A stretch of DNA of 64,000 nucleotides from positions 10,033-74,032 of the forward strand of contig JBBQQG010000001.1 of assembly GCA_038216175.1 (NCBI GenBank), in the 5' to 3' direction. Positions 28,406 through 37,507 of this stretch are shown piece by piece. How positions within the stretch are numbered: position 1 is the stretch's first letter; the number at the start of each line of letters is the position of its first letter. The position numbers were made by a program, and so were the translations under genes. This DNA comes from Candidatus Saccharimonadales bacterium. GTDB lineage: Bacteria > Patescibacteriota > Saccharimonadia > Saccharimonadales > OMJO01. The notes under the pieces are model-generated. The model did no database searches, was not told the origin of the DNA, and saw only the letters and a list, made by a program, of their open reading frames with translations.

Positions 28406-28990
28406 TTAAATTAATTGATCGGCTTTAGTGTTTGGCAGTAAATTTTCGTTTAACCGATTGAAGTAATCTTGGATAACTAAAATATCTAAGCCATCTGGCA
28501 CTAATACTATTATTACGAATGCCAGTCCAGCAGACAATTTTCCAGCTGTTATTATTCCGACTGCTTTAGAGTAGCTCCACAGCCATAGCGCCATAGCAAT
28601 CATGATCAAAATAAATCCGACAAAAAAAGAAATAATCGATATTATTTGAAATTTACTTATTGGATGCAGATAGGTTTCATGGCAGGTAGCGCTATTGCTA
28701 TTATAGCGATTGATTGCTTGATCACCTTGATATGGGTAACCATTTACGCATGAAGTAGCATAAGCAGGTGTAACAGTTTTATAGATATTCGAAATCGTCG
28801 AGAATACGAATATCGATATAGCTGCGCTAAATAATAGAAATGGAATTAGCAGCAGCCATGGAGAAGCAATTTTTATATTCTTATTTTGATCCATCATTTC
28901 TCGTCTTGTTTTAATAAACCAATATATTCTATAAATTCCAAACGTAATAAGTTCCAAAAAAAACAACTTAAAGATTGATCGGTTTTTCAT
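28406..28990 (-). CDS. integral membrane protein (DUF4234-like N-terminus)
   Basis: FFLELITFGIYRIYWFIKTRREM resembles the DUF4234 signature. Four hydrophobic segments. Confidence 0.5.
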   Translation of the reverse strand: MKNRSIFKLFFLELITFGIYRIYWFIKTRREMMDQNKNIKIASPWLLLIPFLLFSAAISIFVFSTISNIYKTVTPAYATSCVNGYPYQGDQAINRYNSNSATCHETYLHPISKFQIISIISFFVGFILIMIAMALWLWSYSKAVGIITAGKLSAGLAFVIIVLVPDGLDILVIQDYFNRLNENLLPNTKADQLI

Positions 28991-29071
28991 ATTATTCCTT
29001 ATTGTGCTTATTTCTTAACTGGATTCTAGATTAAAAAACACTTCTAGTAAAGCAGCTAAGCAATGTTAAAT

Positions 29072-29105
29072 AAAAAGAGAGCCCTATATAAAGCTCTCTT
29101 TTTTT
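29072..29105 (-). terminator. rho-independent terminator downstream of tuf (bidirectional shape)
   Basis: Perfect 9-bp stem AAAGAGAGC/GCTCTCTTT with a 10-nt loop, flanked by an A-run and a T-run, 14 nt after the tuf stop. Confidence 0.7.
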
Positions 29106-29118
29106 AATCTTTCACTGT

Positions 29119-30300
29119 TTATTTATTGATCTTGGTAACAACTCCAGCGCCAACAGTTCGTCCACCTTCACGAATAGCAAAGCGTAGACCCTGTTCCATG
29201 GCAATTGGAGCCAGCAACTTTACTTTAAATGTAATCGTGTCACCTGGCATAACCATTTCTTTGTCAGCCGGAAGTTCAACTTCACCAGTTACGTCAGTAG
29301 TTCGGAAATAGAACTGTGGTTTGTAACCTTTGAAAAATGGCGTGTGTCGTCCGCCTTCTTCTTTTGTTAAGATATAGACTTCGCTGTCAAATTCTGTGTG
29401 AGGCGTAATAGTACCTGGCTTGCAAAGTACTTGTCCTCTTTCAATATCTGCTCGCTCAATTCCTCGAAGTAGAATTCCGACATTGTCGCCGGCTTGTCCC
29501 TGGTCTAAGTTCTTTTTGAACATTTCTACACCAGTTACCGTAGATTTACGAGTATCTTTAATTCCAACGATTTCTATTTCTTCGCCGACTTTTACGATAC
29601 CTTGTTCAATTCTTCCGGTTGCAACGGTTCCACGTCCTTTAATTGAGAATACGTCTTCAATAGGCATTAAAAACGGCTTGTCTAGTTCGCGTTTTGGTTC
29701 TGGAATAAAATCATCAAGTGCTTTTACTAGTTCCATGATTGCATCTTCGCTTGCAGCGTCGCCAGCTAGAGCTTTGGTTGCTGAACCTTTAATAATCGGA
29801 GCGTTTTCATCGTAGCCGTTCTTAGCTAGTAATTCACGAATATCCATTTCTACAAGTTCGATTAGTTCTGGGTCAGCTAGATCCATTTTGTTCATGAAAA
29901 CTAAAATTGAAGGTACGCCAACTTGCTTAGCGAGAAGAACGTGCTCTCTTGTCTGAGGCAATGGGCCGTCGTTGGCAGCAACTACTAAAATAGCTCCGTC
30001 TATCTGGGCAGCACCTGTAATCATGTTTTTAACGTAATCGGCGTGACCCGGCATGTCAACGTGAGCATAGTGTCGTTTTTCACTTTCATATTCCTGATGA
30101 GATGTAGCAATCGTAATACCACGAGCTTTTTCTTCAGGCGCATTATCTATTTGATCATAAGCAACTGGCTTATTTACTTCAGTTGGTAGTTTTTTTGCAA
30201 GTACAGAAGTAATTGCGGCTGTTAGTGTAGTCTTACCATGGTCGACGTGACCCATTGTACCTACGTTTACGTGGGGCTTGCTTCTATCAAAATTTGCCAT
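29119..30300 (-). CDS. tuf: elongation factor Tu
   Basis: [15 protein letters not shown] (DxPGH variant) and NKMD motifs, 393 aa. Confidence 0.97.
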   Translation of the reverse strand: MANFDRSKPHVNVGTMGHVDHGKTTLTAAITSVLAKKLPTEVNKPVAYDQIDNAPEEKARGITIATSHQEYESEKRHYAHVDMPGHADYVKNMITGAAQIDGAILVVAANDGPLPQTREHVLLAKQVGVPSILVFMNKMDLADPELIELVEMDIRELLAKNGYDENAPIIKGSATKALAGDAASEDAIMELVKALDDFIPEPKRELDKPFLMPIEDVFSIKGRGTVATGRIEQGIVKVGEEIEIVGIKDTRKSTVTGVEMFKKNLDQGQAGDNVGILLRGIERADIERGQVLCKPGTITPHTEFDSEVYILTKEEGGRHTPFFKGYKPQFYFRTTDVTGEVELPADKEMVMPGDTITFKVKLLAPIAMEQGLRFAIREGGRTVGAGVVTKINK

Positions 30301-30414
30301 TGTCTGGTCTCCTATTGTTTAGTTAGAGCTTATTTAATTAATTGTTGTTCGCGGTCCATATTTTGCTGCTTTAATAAGCATAAATCAAAAAGCCCTCACG
30401 CGAGTTACTGATGT

Positions 30415-30442
30415 ATTCTATCGAATTTCAAGCTGGTTGTAA
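30415..30442 (-). promoter_or_regulatory. candidate promoter for tuf
   Basis: Minus strand reads TTACAA, 16 nt spacer, TAGAAT, about 110 nt upstream of the tuf ATG. Confidence 0.25.
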
Positions 30443-30452
30443 AGCCAAAGTC

Positions 30453-31505
30453 TTAACTATTTTTATTATTTTTCGACTGTTTTAATACAGTTTTGTAAGC
30501 CTTAATATAGCCCTCAGTCATCTTTTTATAGTTAAACAGTTTGGCTGTTCGTCTTGCAATATATTTTCGGTTTAGTGAAAAGCATTGGTCTAGTTTGCTA
30601 TATCCTTCGATAAAGTCTTCGACTAGTAATCCGGTTTTGCCGTTTTCAATTACTTCAGGCATCGATCCTCGTCTGATAGCAAAAGTTGGGGTGCCGCACA
30701 TTGCTGCCTCAACAACTGTAAGTCCAAACGGTTCTCGAAAACTAACGGGGTGCAAGTTGCACATAGCGTTACTGAGCAATTTAACTTTGTCTTTAAAGCC
30801 AAGCTCTCCCAGATACTCGACCAGCGGATGGCGTAAATACGGCCTTATAATTTTATCGAAGTATTCCCGACCTTGAACATCGATTTTTCCGGCTATCTTT
30901 ATTTTTATGTTACGGCTGATTGCTAGATCAATCGCAATATGCGGACTTTTTTCGGTATCGAATCTGCCCAAATAGCACAAGTATTTTTGCGGCTTTTCAA
31001 CAAATTTAAAGTCGGCAAGATCTTCGCCGTTATAAACTACGCCTTTGTAATTTAGTCCACTGTAAGACTGCATTTGGTTTTTCGAAATAGCAATGTAGTT
31101 TAGATCTTTTCTTTCTTCATAATGTTTATAATTATCAAGTGTTATCGCCCCGTGAATTGTAGTAAGATTTGGAAAATCTTTAAATTTAGTCAGATCAAAC
31201 GTATGCGAGTGAATTAAATCTATTTCTGGCAACAGTTTAGATATTTCGTGATTTGTGTTTCTGTTAAATAGTTTTATTTTTTTATTAACTAGTTTAAGCT
31301 CGTCGGCTGTTTTCGGAAAACCAGTCGCTTTATCTAGTGTTGGAATAATTCGACAGTCGGCTTTAGAGTCAGCTGGCGCCAGTAATATTGGTTCGTGGCC
31401 AGCAAGTTTCAAACCATTAATCAGATAGCTAATTACCTGTTCTGTGCCACCATACTGAACTGGAGGCACTGGAATATATGGTCCTGAAACTATCGCAATC
31501 CTCAT
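30453..31505 (-). CDS. glycosyltransferase family 4 (GT-B fold)
   Basis: MRIAIVSGPY..PPVQYGGTEQV N-terminus and an E-x7-E region (REPFGLTVVEAAMCGTP...GSMPEVIENGKTGLLV). Confidence 0.85.
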   Translation of the reverse strand: MRIAIVSGPYIPVPPVQYGGTEQVISYLINGLKLAGHEPILLAPADSKADCRIIPTLDKATGFPKTADELKLVNKKIKLFNRNTNHEISKLLPEIDLIHSHTFDLTKFKDFPNLTTIHGAITLDNYKHYEERKDLNYIAISKNQMQSYSGLNYKGVVYNGEDLADFKFVEKPQKYLCYLGRFDTEKSPHIAIDLAISRNIKIKIAGKIDVQGREYFDKIIRPYLRHPLVEYLGELGFKDKVKLLSNAMCNLHPVSFREPFGLTVVEAAMCGTPTFAIRRGSMPEVIENGKTGLLVEDFIEGYSKLDQCFSLNRKYIARRTAKLFNYKKMTEGYIKAYKTVLKQSKNNKNS

Positions 31506-31556
31506 GTATATAACATTGTAGACTACTACGCTGACTTGTGACTAATCTTTAAGATG

Positions 31557-33074
31557 TTAGGAAGCGTTAACTAAACTGTAAGGATAATCAGGATAACGGG
31601 CGCCGAGTTCTTTGCCTCGCCTAAGTTCTTTTACCCTTGGTATATGAGAAAGTACGTCGTGCTCAAGCAGTTTTTGCCATTCTTCCTGATGTATTTTCGG
31701 TTGTCTAACACCCGGCGATCGACTACTGGCTATAGCCATAACTGCTGATACTGTCCAAGCCTGAACGGTTTCCGGCTTATTGGTACTTTCAACTAGCGAC
31801 ACTGGACCGTGCTCAGTTGCGCTTGGCGGCCCAGCAAGTACCCGTCCCCGGAAATCGACATAAACAAATTCCGGGTAGCCTTTGCTTTTTTTAACTACGT
31901 TTAATATTCTGTTCTCTAGTTCCTGCGACAACTTTATAAACCCTTGCCGTCGCATTCCTTTGGCAATATCATAAGTTTCTTTTGGCCAAGTTGTAAATGA
32001 ACCGTGATAATCCCAGAACTTGATTAGTTTGCGCTCGCTAAGTGACCGGCTGCGAATACCTGCGTCGGTTAAAAAGTCGGTGCCCATGATATTCATTACT
32101 ATTCCTTTAATAAATTTCACCTTGGTGTCATGTTCTAAATCGTCAAAAAACATGCTGTCAAGCAGTGATGCCGGATTGGCTGTCATAGTTTTTATTATTC
32201 TGATGCTTCCCGGTACACGGTAATCTATGCCTAGTGCAAAGTATTTTTGTTTCGGCTGCCAAAGCAGCTGTATCGTTCTTGCTTGCAGCTGTTTTGCTCG
32301 ATCAGACAGCTGTTGTCTTCTTTCCGGAAGCATTAAGGCAGCGTATTTAAGGGCATCGTAGGCAAGCCCTTGGACTTCAATTGAACCAATCGGCAAATGA
32401 TGGTTAGCTAGCCGTCCGTTTTTGTGGACATAGAATTCTTTTGAATCCTTCCATACCTGATTTTCTATTCCCTGAGGATTTCGGGCGTGGTACTCCAGTA
32501 GTCCGGAATCAGAATCGCCCAGTTTTTCGAGCAGCCAGTCGACTGCCAGTTCAAGTGCCTGGTACATAGTTGAATGAGAGCCATCACGCCGGCGAACCGG
32601 TACTTCCAGTATCTTCTTTGAATTTCTTTTAGTATAGATACCCAGCATCCTGATAAAATGGGGCGTCGCATCGATCGAACCGTAGTATGCCATTTCTGTG
32701 GCTGTGCCGCCCCAGCGTGAAGATAGCTCAGTAAAAATATGTCTCGACATATCGTCCAGCGGCTTGCCATCGACGATAGTTGTTCGGTATTCGTGAACAA
32801 TTTTGCCATATTCTTCTTCTGTAACGTCACTGCTGTGTAATCCCTGGAGGCTGGCTAGAGTCAGAAGTATGTGCTTGACTAGTTTTGGTTTTAAATTATT
32901 TAAATCCTCTGCTACTTCTAATGAGTCGCGCCCAAATACTGCGCCCTTAAATAGCGTATCGGAGCTGGCATATACGCCTTTACCAGTTTTTGAGATTACC
33001 GATCTAAGTGCCAGCGCTGCTGGAGTCTGGGGCATAATTGGCTGAACTTGTAGGTATTTAAATATCTTCTTCAT
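31557..33074 (-). CDS. amylo-alpha-1,6-glucosidase / glycogen-debranching-enzyme-like (alpha/alpha)6-barrel glycoside hydrolase
   Basis: GAVFGRDSLEVAEDL N-terminal motif and a size/pattern typical of bacterial and archaeal GDE_C-type proteins. Confidence 0.55.
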   Translation of the reverse strand: MKKIFKYLQVQPIMPQTPAALALRSVISKTGKGVYASSDTLFKGAVFGRDSLEVAEDLNNLKPKLVKHILLTLASLQGLHSSDVTEEEYGKIVHEYRTTIVDGKPLDDMSRHIFTELSSRWGGTATEMAYYGSIDATPHFIRMLGIYTKRNSKKILEVPVRRRDGSHSTMYQALELAVDWLLEKLGDSDSGLLEYHARNPQGIENQVWKDSKEFYVHKNGRLANHHLPIGSIEVQGLAYDALKYAALMLPERRQQLSDRAKQLQARTIQLLWQPKQKYFALGIDYRVPGSIRIIKTMTANPASLLDSMFFDDLEHDTKVKFIKGIVMNIMGTDFLTDAGIRSRSLSERKLIKFWDYHGSFTTWPKETYDIAKGMRRQGFIKLSQELENRILNVVKKSKGYPEFVYVDFRGRVLAGPPSATEHGPVSLVESTNKPETVQAWTVSAVMAIASSRSPGVRQPKIHQEEWQKLLEHDVLSHIPRVKELRRGKELGARYPDYPYSLVNAS

Positions 33075-33145
33075 GTTTAAAGAGTTTAACTACTAATCTA
33101 AATTGCGGTCAAGCTTTATTAGTTTATTTACAATTATTAAAGTTT

Positions 33146-33661
33146 TTAATCTGATTTAAATTTAGAACTAAATCTAGAATGTGCATCTAGAATATTTAAT
33201 AATACTCCACCTAGGTGTGCACTTCTTTCTCTAAAACTTGGTCTCGGATTAAAATTTTTAAAATCTGTAAGTACGTTTTTAATTTTGTAGTAATCGTATT
33301 TATTAAATACTTCGCTTCCGCGTTTTACGTATTGCTCGTCTAGGCGATTTAATCTTTTTAATATTAAAGATCGACCGAGCTGAAACTGATTTGGATCAGT
33401 TTTATCTAATTTATCTGTTAGCACGCTTAAAATCATAGCGCTGTCGCGGCTGGTATATTTTGGTGCGAATATAACAGCATCAATTAGACGAGTAGCATCA
33501 GGCTGATGGATAAAGCTTAAACTATATTCATCGGATTCTTCGTAGCCTAGATCTAAGGCAACCTGCCTAGCTTCAAGGCTGGTTTGGTCATTAAAATTAC
33601 CAGTTAGAAATACAGAGTACTTACTGGTATTAAGTTCATTAAACATATGCTCGCTGTTCAC
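33146..33661 (-). CDS. hypothetical protein (171 aa)
   Basis: ORF starting 12 nt after the fusA stop. No recognisable domain. Confidence 0.5.
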   Translation of the reverse strand: MNSEHMFNELNTSKYSVFLTGNFNDQTSLEARQVALDLGYEESDEYSLSFIHQPDATRLIDAVIFAPKYTSRDSAMILSVLTDKLDKTDPNQFQLGRSLILKRLNRLDEQYVKRGSEVFNKYDYYKIKNVLTDFKNFNPRPSFRERSAHLGGVLLNILDAHSRFSSKFKSD

Positions 33662-33672
33662 GATAACATTTC

Positions 33673-35760
33673 CTATTTAGCGTTTTTAGCGATTATTGCT
33701 TCAGCGACATGATTAGGTACGTCAGCGTAGTGGTCAAGCTCCATGCTCGAGCTGGCGCGTCCTTGGGTCGAACTTCGAAGATTAGTTGTGTAGCCGAACA
33801 TTTCACCTAATGGTACGAAAGAAGTAATTTCTTTTATGCCCTGGCTAAGATCTTCCATCGATTCGATTCGTCCCCGTTTGGCATTCAAATCACCGATTAC
33901 TTCACCCATGAACTGTTCCGGTGTAACAACTACTACCTTCATTACTGGCTCTAGCAGTACTGGACTAGCTTTTTTAACACCTTCTTGAAGTGCCATCGAT
34001 CCGGCAATTTTAAATGCCATTTCACTTGAGTCAACATCGTGGTAGCTGCCGAAGTATAATTCAGTTTTAACATCTACAACTGGGTATCCGGCGAGTACGC
34101 CGTTAGACATCGCTTCTTTAATACCTTCTTCGACCGGTTTGATATATTCACTAGGAATTACTCCACCCTTGATAGAGTTAATAAATTCAAATCCTTTACC
34201 GGCTTCGTTTTGCGATAATCTTAGCCATACGTCGCCGTACTGTCCACGTCCACCGCTTTGTCGAATAAACTTGCCCTGAACTTCGACGCCGTCTTTACGG
34301 ATAGTTTCACGGTAGGCAACCTGCGGCTGTCCGACGTTAGCTTCGACTGCAAATTCTCTTTTCATCCTATCGACAATAATTTCAAGATGTAACTCGCCCA
34401 TACCTGAGATAATTGTCTGTCCAGTCTCATCGTCAACCCTAATTCTAAATGTCGGGTCTTCTTCAGCTAGTCGCTGCATCGCTAGACTCATTTTTTCCTG
34501 GTCAGCTTTAGTCTTTGGCTCGATTGCGATCGATACCGGCGGTTCGGGAAACGTAATACTCTCAAGAACTATTGGGTGAGACACGTCGCATAGCGTGTTG
34601 CCAGTAGTTGTGCCTTTAAGCCCGACTATTGCCGCTATATCTCCGGCTTCTACTTCAGCCACGTCTTCCCGTTTATCGGCTTGCATTCGGACTATCCGTC
34701 CGACTCGCTCTTTTTCTCCAGTCGAGCTATTTAATATGTAGCTTCCGGCAGTAATTTTTCCTGAGTAAACTCTAAAATATGCTAGTTTTCCAACAAACGG
34801 ATCAGTTGCAATCTTAAATGCTAGTCCAGCAAATGGCTCGTCAAGCGAAGGTTTTCGTTCAGTTTCGTCGCCTGTTTTCGGTTGAGTGCCCCAGGTACTG
34901 CCTCGGTCAATCGGGCTGGGTAGTAAATCTACTACTAAATCTAGCACTTTTTCGACTATTACTCCGCGTCCGTCGCCGCCGGTTACGACAAAAAAGTCTC
35001 CGGCCAGGATGGCGCTTCGAATAGCATGACGTATTTCGTCTTCCGATAATCCATCTTCGCCGACTTCAAAGTATTTTTCGAGCATCTTTTCATCTTCAGC
35101 TACGGCATTTTCTATTAATAGCGACCGGTATTTTTTGGCCTTATCGAGCATGTCGGCCGGTACTTCGCCTTCGATAAGTTCATGATCTGTAAATTCTTTG
35201 TAGGTGTAGGACTTCATGCTGACGAGATCGATTAGACCGTTGATGCTCTGTTCGAATCCGATGGGCAAATGTATTGGAAATGCTCTTTTATTTAGTCGGG
35301 CGTGAATGCTATCGAGCGATTTATAATAATCACCGCCGGTCTGGTTGATCTTATTTATAAAGCATATCCGTGGAACGCCGTATTTATCAGCTTGTCGCCA
35401 GACTGTTTCAGACTGCGACTCGACTCCCATTTTTCCGTCAAATACTACTACTGCACCGTCAAGTACACGCAGCGAACGTTCAACTTCAACAGTAAAGTCT
35501 ATATGGCCTGGCGTATCGATAATATTTATCTGGTGGTTTTTCCAGTAGCAAGTAACGGCTGCCGACACGATTGTAATACCGCGTTCTCGCTCCTGAGCCA
35601 TCCAGTCTGTTGTCGTTTCGCCTTCATGAACGGCACCGATCTTATGCTTAAGTCCGGTTCGGTAAAGTATGCCTTCAGTAGTTGTAGTCTTACCAGCATC
35701 AATGTGAGCAATGATACCAATATTACGAATTTTTTCTAATGGATATTTTTTAGCTGCCAT
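33673..35760 (-). CDS. fusA: elongation factor G
   Basis: AHIDAGKTTTTE, DTPGHIDF and NKINQ (NKxD variant) motifs, 695 aa. Confidence 0.97.
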   Translation of the reverse strand: MAAKKYPLEKIRNIGIIAHIDAGKTTTTEGILYRTGLKHKIGAVHEGETTTDWMAQERERGITIVSAAVTCYWKNHQINIIDTPGHIDFTVEVERSLRVLDGAVVVFDGKMGVESQSETVWRQADKYGVPRICFINKINQTGGDYYKSLDSIHARLNKRAFPIHLPIGFEQSINGLIDLVSMKSYTYKEFTDHELIEGEVPADMLDKAKKYRSLLIENAVAEDEKMLEKYFEVGEDGLSEDEIRHAIRSAILAGDFFVVTGGDGRGVIVEKVLDLVVDLLPSPIDRGSTWGTQPKTGDETERKPSLDEPFAGLAFKIATDPFVGKLAYFRVYSGKITAGSYILNSSTGEKERVGRIVRMQADKREDVAEVEAGDIAAIVGLKGTTTGNTLCDVSHPIVLESITFPEPPVSIAIEPKTKADQEKMSLAMQRLAEEDPTFRIRVDDETGQTIISGMGELHLEIIVDRMKREFAVEANVGQPQVAYRETIRKDGVEVQGKFIRQSGGRGQYGDVWLRLSQNEAGKGFEFINSIKGGVIPSEYIKPVEEGIKEAMSNGVLAGYPVVDVKTELYFGSYHDVDSSEMAFKIAGSMALQEGVKKASPVLLEPVMKVVVVTPEQFMGEVIGDLNAKRGRIESMEDLSQGIKEITSFVPLGEMFGYTTNLRSSTQGRASSSMELDHYADVPNHVAEAIIAKNAK

Positions 35761-36033
35761 TTAACTTTCTCCCTTAATTTCTTCATTTGTTTGTTGACTG
35801 ACTGTTTCCAGTACCGGACAAATTATAGTTTCACCGGAACTACTGAGCTGTGAAACTGCACCGCCTAGAAAGTAGCATCTTTTTATCATATCGAGATTAT
35901 CCATTTCGAATTGATTGTCTCGTTTATGGTCAGCAAAATATGGGCACTTATTTATACAAGTATCTCTATGATTAGTATTTTCATTAACAGTCCTTGCAAC
36001 AACAAATTCCGAATAGCTGTTTCTTCTAGCCAT
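35761..36033 (-). CDS. hypothetical 90-aa four-Cys protein between rpsG and fusA
   Basis: AAGGAC SD upstream. Its TAA abuts the fusA ATG. Motifs CINKCPYF and CYFLGG. Confidence 0.55.
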   Translation of the reverse strand: MARRNSYSEFVVARTVNENTNHRDTCINKCPYFADHKRDNQFEMDNLDMIKRCYFLGGAVSQLSSSGETIICPVLETVSQQTNEEIKGES

Positions 36034-36037
36034 TTTA

Positions 36038-36313
36038 TTAGTCCTTAAGCAGTTCGGCTATTTTTTGTTGTAAAACTAAAGCCGCGTCGATACCGGTTAC
36101 GTTGTCGACGACCTCGGCAATTTCAGCAGCATCGGTTTGGTTTAATTCTTTAGTTTTTCCATCAGGAAAGTCGATGTCAAGAGTATAGCCCCGTCCGTTT
36201 CTAGCTCGCTTAAGGGCGTTTACGGCTATTTCAGAAAAGCCCGGTGTCATTCCCAGCAGCGATAGCTCCGGATTCGTTTGTCTTTCCGGTGATCGATAGA
36301 ATGCGAATGCCAT
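36038..36313 (-). CDS. hypothetical 91-aa protein directly after rpsG
   Basis: Its start overlaps the rpsG stop as TAATG. No recognisable domain. Confidence 0.55.
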   Translation of the reverse strand: MAFAFYRSPERQTNPELSLLGMTPGFSEIAVNALKRARNGRGYTLDIDFPDGKTKELNQTDAAEIAEVVDNVTGIDAALVLQQKIAELLKD

Positions 36314-36792
36314 TAGAACCTCGCGAAGTGAGCAAATGCTCGGTTAGCTTCGGCCATTTTATGGGTATCTTCACGCTTTTTAACTGCTGATCCGGCATTG
36401 TTATAAGCATCGACAAACTCAAGTGCCAAGCGGTCTTCCATGCTCATGCCTTTTCGGCTTCGGGCAGCTGCAACAATCCACATTAGTGTAAGGTGAGACT
36501 GTCTTTGGCCTTTAACATCGAAAGGAATCTGATAATTAGCCCCGCCGACACGTCGTGAGCGTGTTTCAACATGAGGTTGAACGTTTCTGATAACCTGATC
36601 AAAAACTTCTATCGGGTTTTTAACGCTTAATTTATCGGCTGCCTTTTGCAGTCCGCCGTAAACTAATCTTTCGGCAATTTGCTTTTTACCGTTTAGCATC
36701 ACTCGGTTAATAAGCCTTTGAATCATGATGCTCTCATAAACGCGGTCTGGTTTAATGTCGCGAATTAGCGAGGCTGTTTTTTTACGAGGCAT
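36313..36792 (-). CDS. rpsG: 30S ribosomal protein S7
   Basis: MPRKKTASLIRDIKPD start with an AAGGAG SD. Typical uS7 sequence. The track ORF start at 36864 is judged too long. Confidence 0.95.
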   Translation of the reverse strand: MPRKKTASLIRDIKPDRVYESIMIQRLINRVMLNGKKQIAERLVYGGLQKAADKLSVKNPIEVFDQVIRNVQPHVETRSRRVGGANYQIPFDVKGQRQSHLTLMWIVAAARSRKGMSMEDRLALEFVDAYNNAGSAVKKREDTHKMAEANRAFAHFARF

Positions 36793-37000
36793 TTGATACT
36801 CCTTTAGAACCACCGGTAAATTGCTGTAACTCGACTCCGGCGAAAAAACGGCAAAACTGCTCATTTTTATACGGGTTTATTTCAGTATTTGTTTCGCACA
36901 TTGCAGTAGGTATTTCTTCATATTCACCCATACCGAACTCATTTAATAGTCCGATAAATTTTGGGCAGTCAAATTTAGCGCATGGAATTGCTTCAGTCAT
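36782..37000 (-). CDS. hypothetical 72-aa four-Cys acidic protein between rpsL and rpsG
   Basis: Its start overlaps the rpsL stop as TAATG. Its 3' end overlaps the rpsG start by 11 nt and carries the rpsG SD. Motifs CAKFDCPKF and CRFFAG. Confidence 0.5.
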   Translation of the reverse strand: MTEAIPCAKFDCPKFIGLLNEFGMGEYEEIPTAMCETNTEINPYKNEQFCRFFAGVELQQFTGGSKGVSNAS

Positions 37001-37413
37001 TATTTGCTCGCCTTCTTAGCGCCGTACAAGCTGCGTCCGCGCTTTCGGTTAGCAACACCCTGAAGGTCTAAGCTGCCTCTAACTATGTGATATCGAACAC
37101 CAGGTAAATCTTTAACCCGTCCGCCGCGGATTGTTACTACTGCGTGTTCTTGAAGGTTATGTCCTTCGCCGCCGATATATGCCCAGACTTCGTAGCCGTT
37201 AGTCAATCTGACACGTGCGACTTTTCGAAGTGCCGAGTTAGGTTTCTTGGGTGTTTTAGTCGTAACTTTTACACAGACACCGCGTTTAAATGGTGATGGC
37301 TTTTCATAGTGTTTGGTTTTTAAATTGTTAACGACGCGCTGAAGTGCTGGCGACTTACTTTTAGTCGTCACTTGTTTGCGCGGTTTTCGCACTAACTGAT
37401 TGATTGTTGGCAT
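37000..37413 (-). CDS. rpsL: 30S ribosomal protein S12
   Basis: [14 protein letters not shown]-terminus and [10 protein letters not shown] motif. Confidence 0.97.
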   Translation of the reverse strand: MPTINQLVRKPRKQVTTKSKSPALQRVVNNLKTKHYEKPSPFKRGVCVKVTTKTPKKPNSALRKVARVRLTNGYEVWAYIGGEGHNLQEHAVVTIRGGRVKDLPGVRYHIVRGSLDLQGVANRKRGRSLYGAKKASK

Positions 37414-37507
37414 TTATTCTCCTACGTAAGTTGTAATCTACTGCAGCGCACGCATGCCTACGTGTGGCTCAGACTACTTAAGTTTGTAAATATAGACTTT
37501 AACAGAT

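Noticed and set aside
32465-32830. Same-strand alternative-frame ORFs inside larger genes. Examples: 32465..32830, 52868..53158, 20811..21044, 9665..9856, 35526..35720, 39601..39816, 36231..36422.
   Set aside because: They are embedded out of frame in confidently assigned longer genes and have no independent signals.
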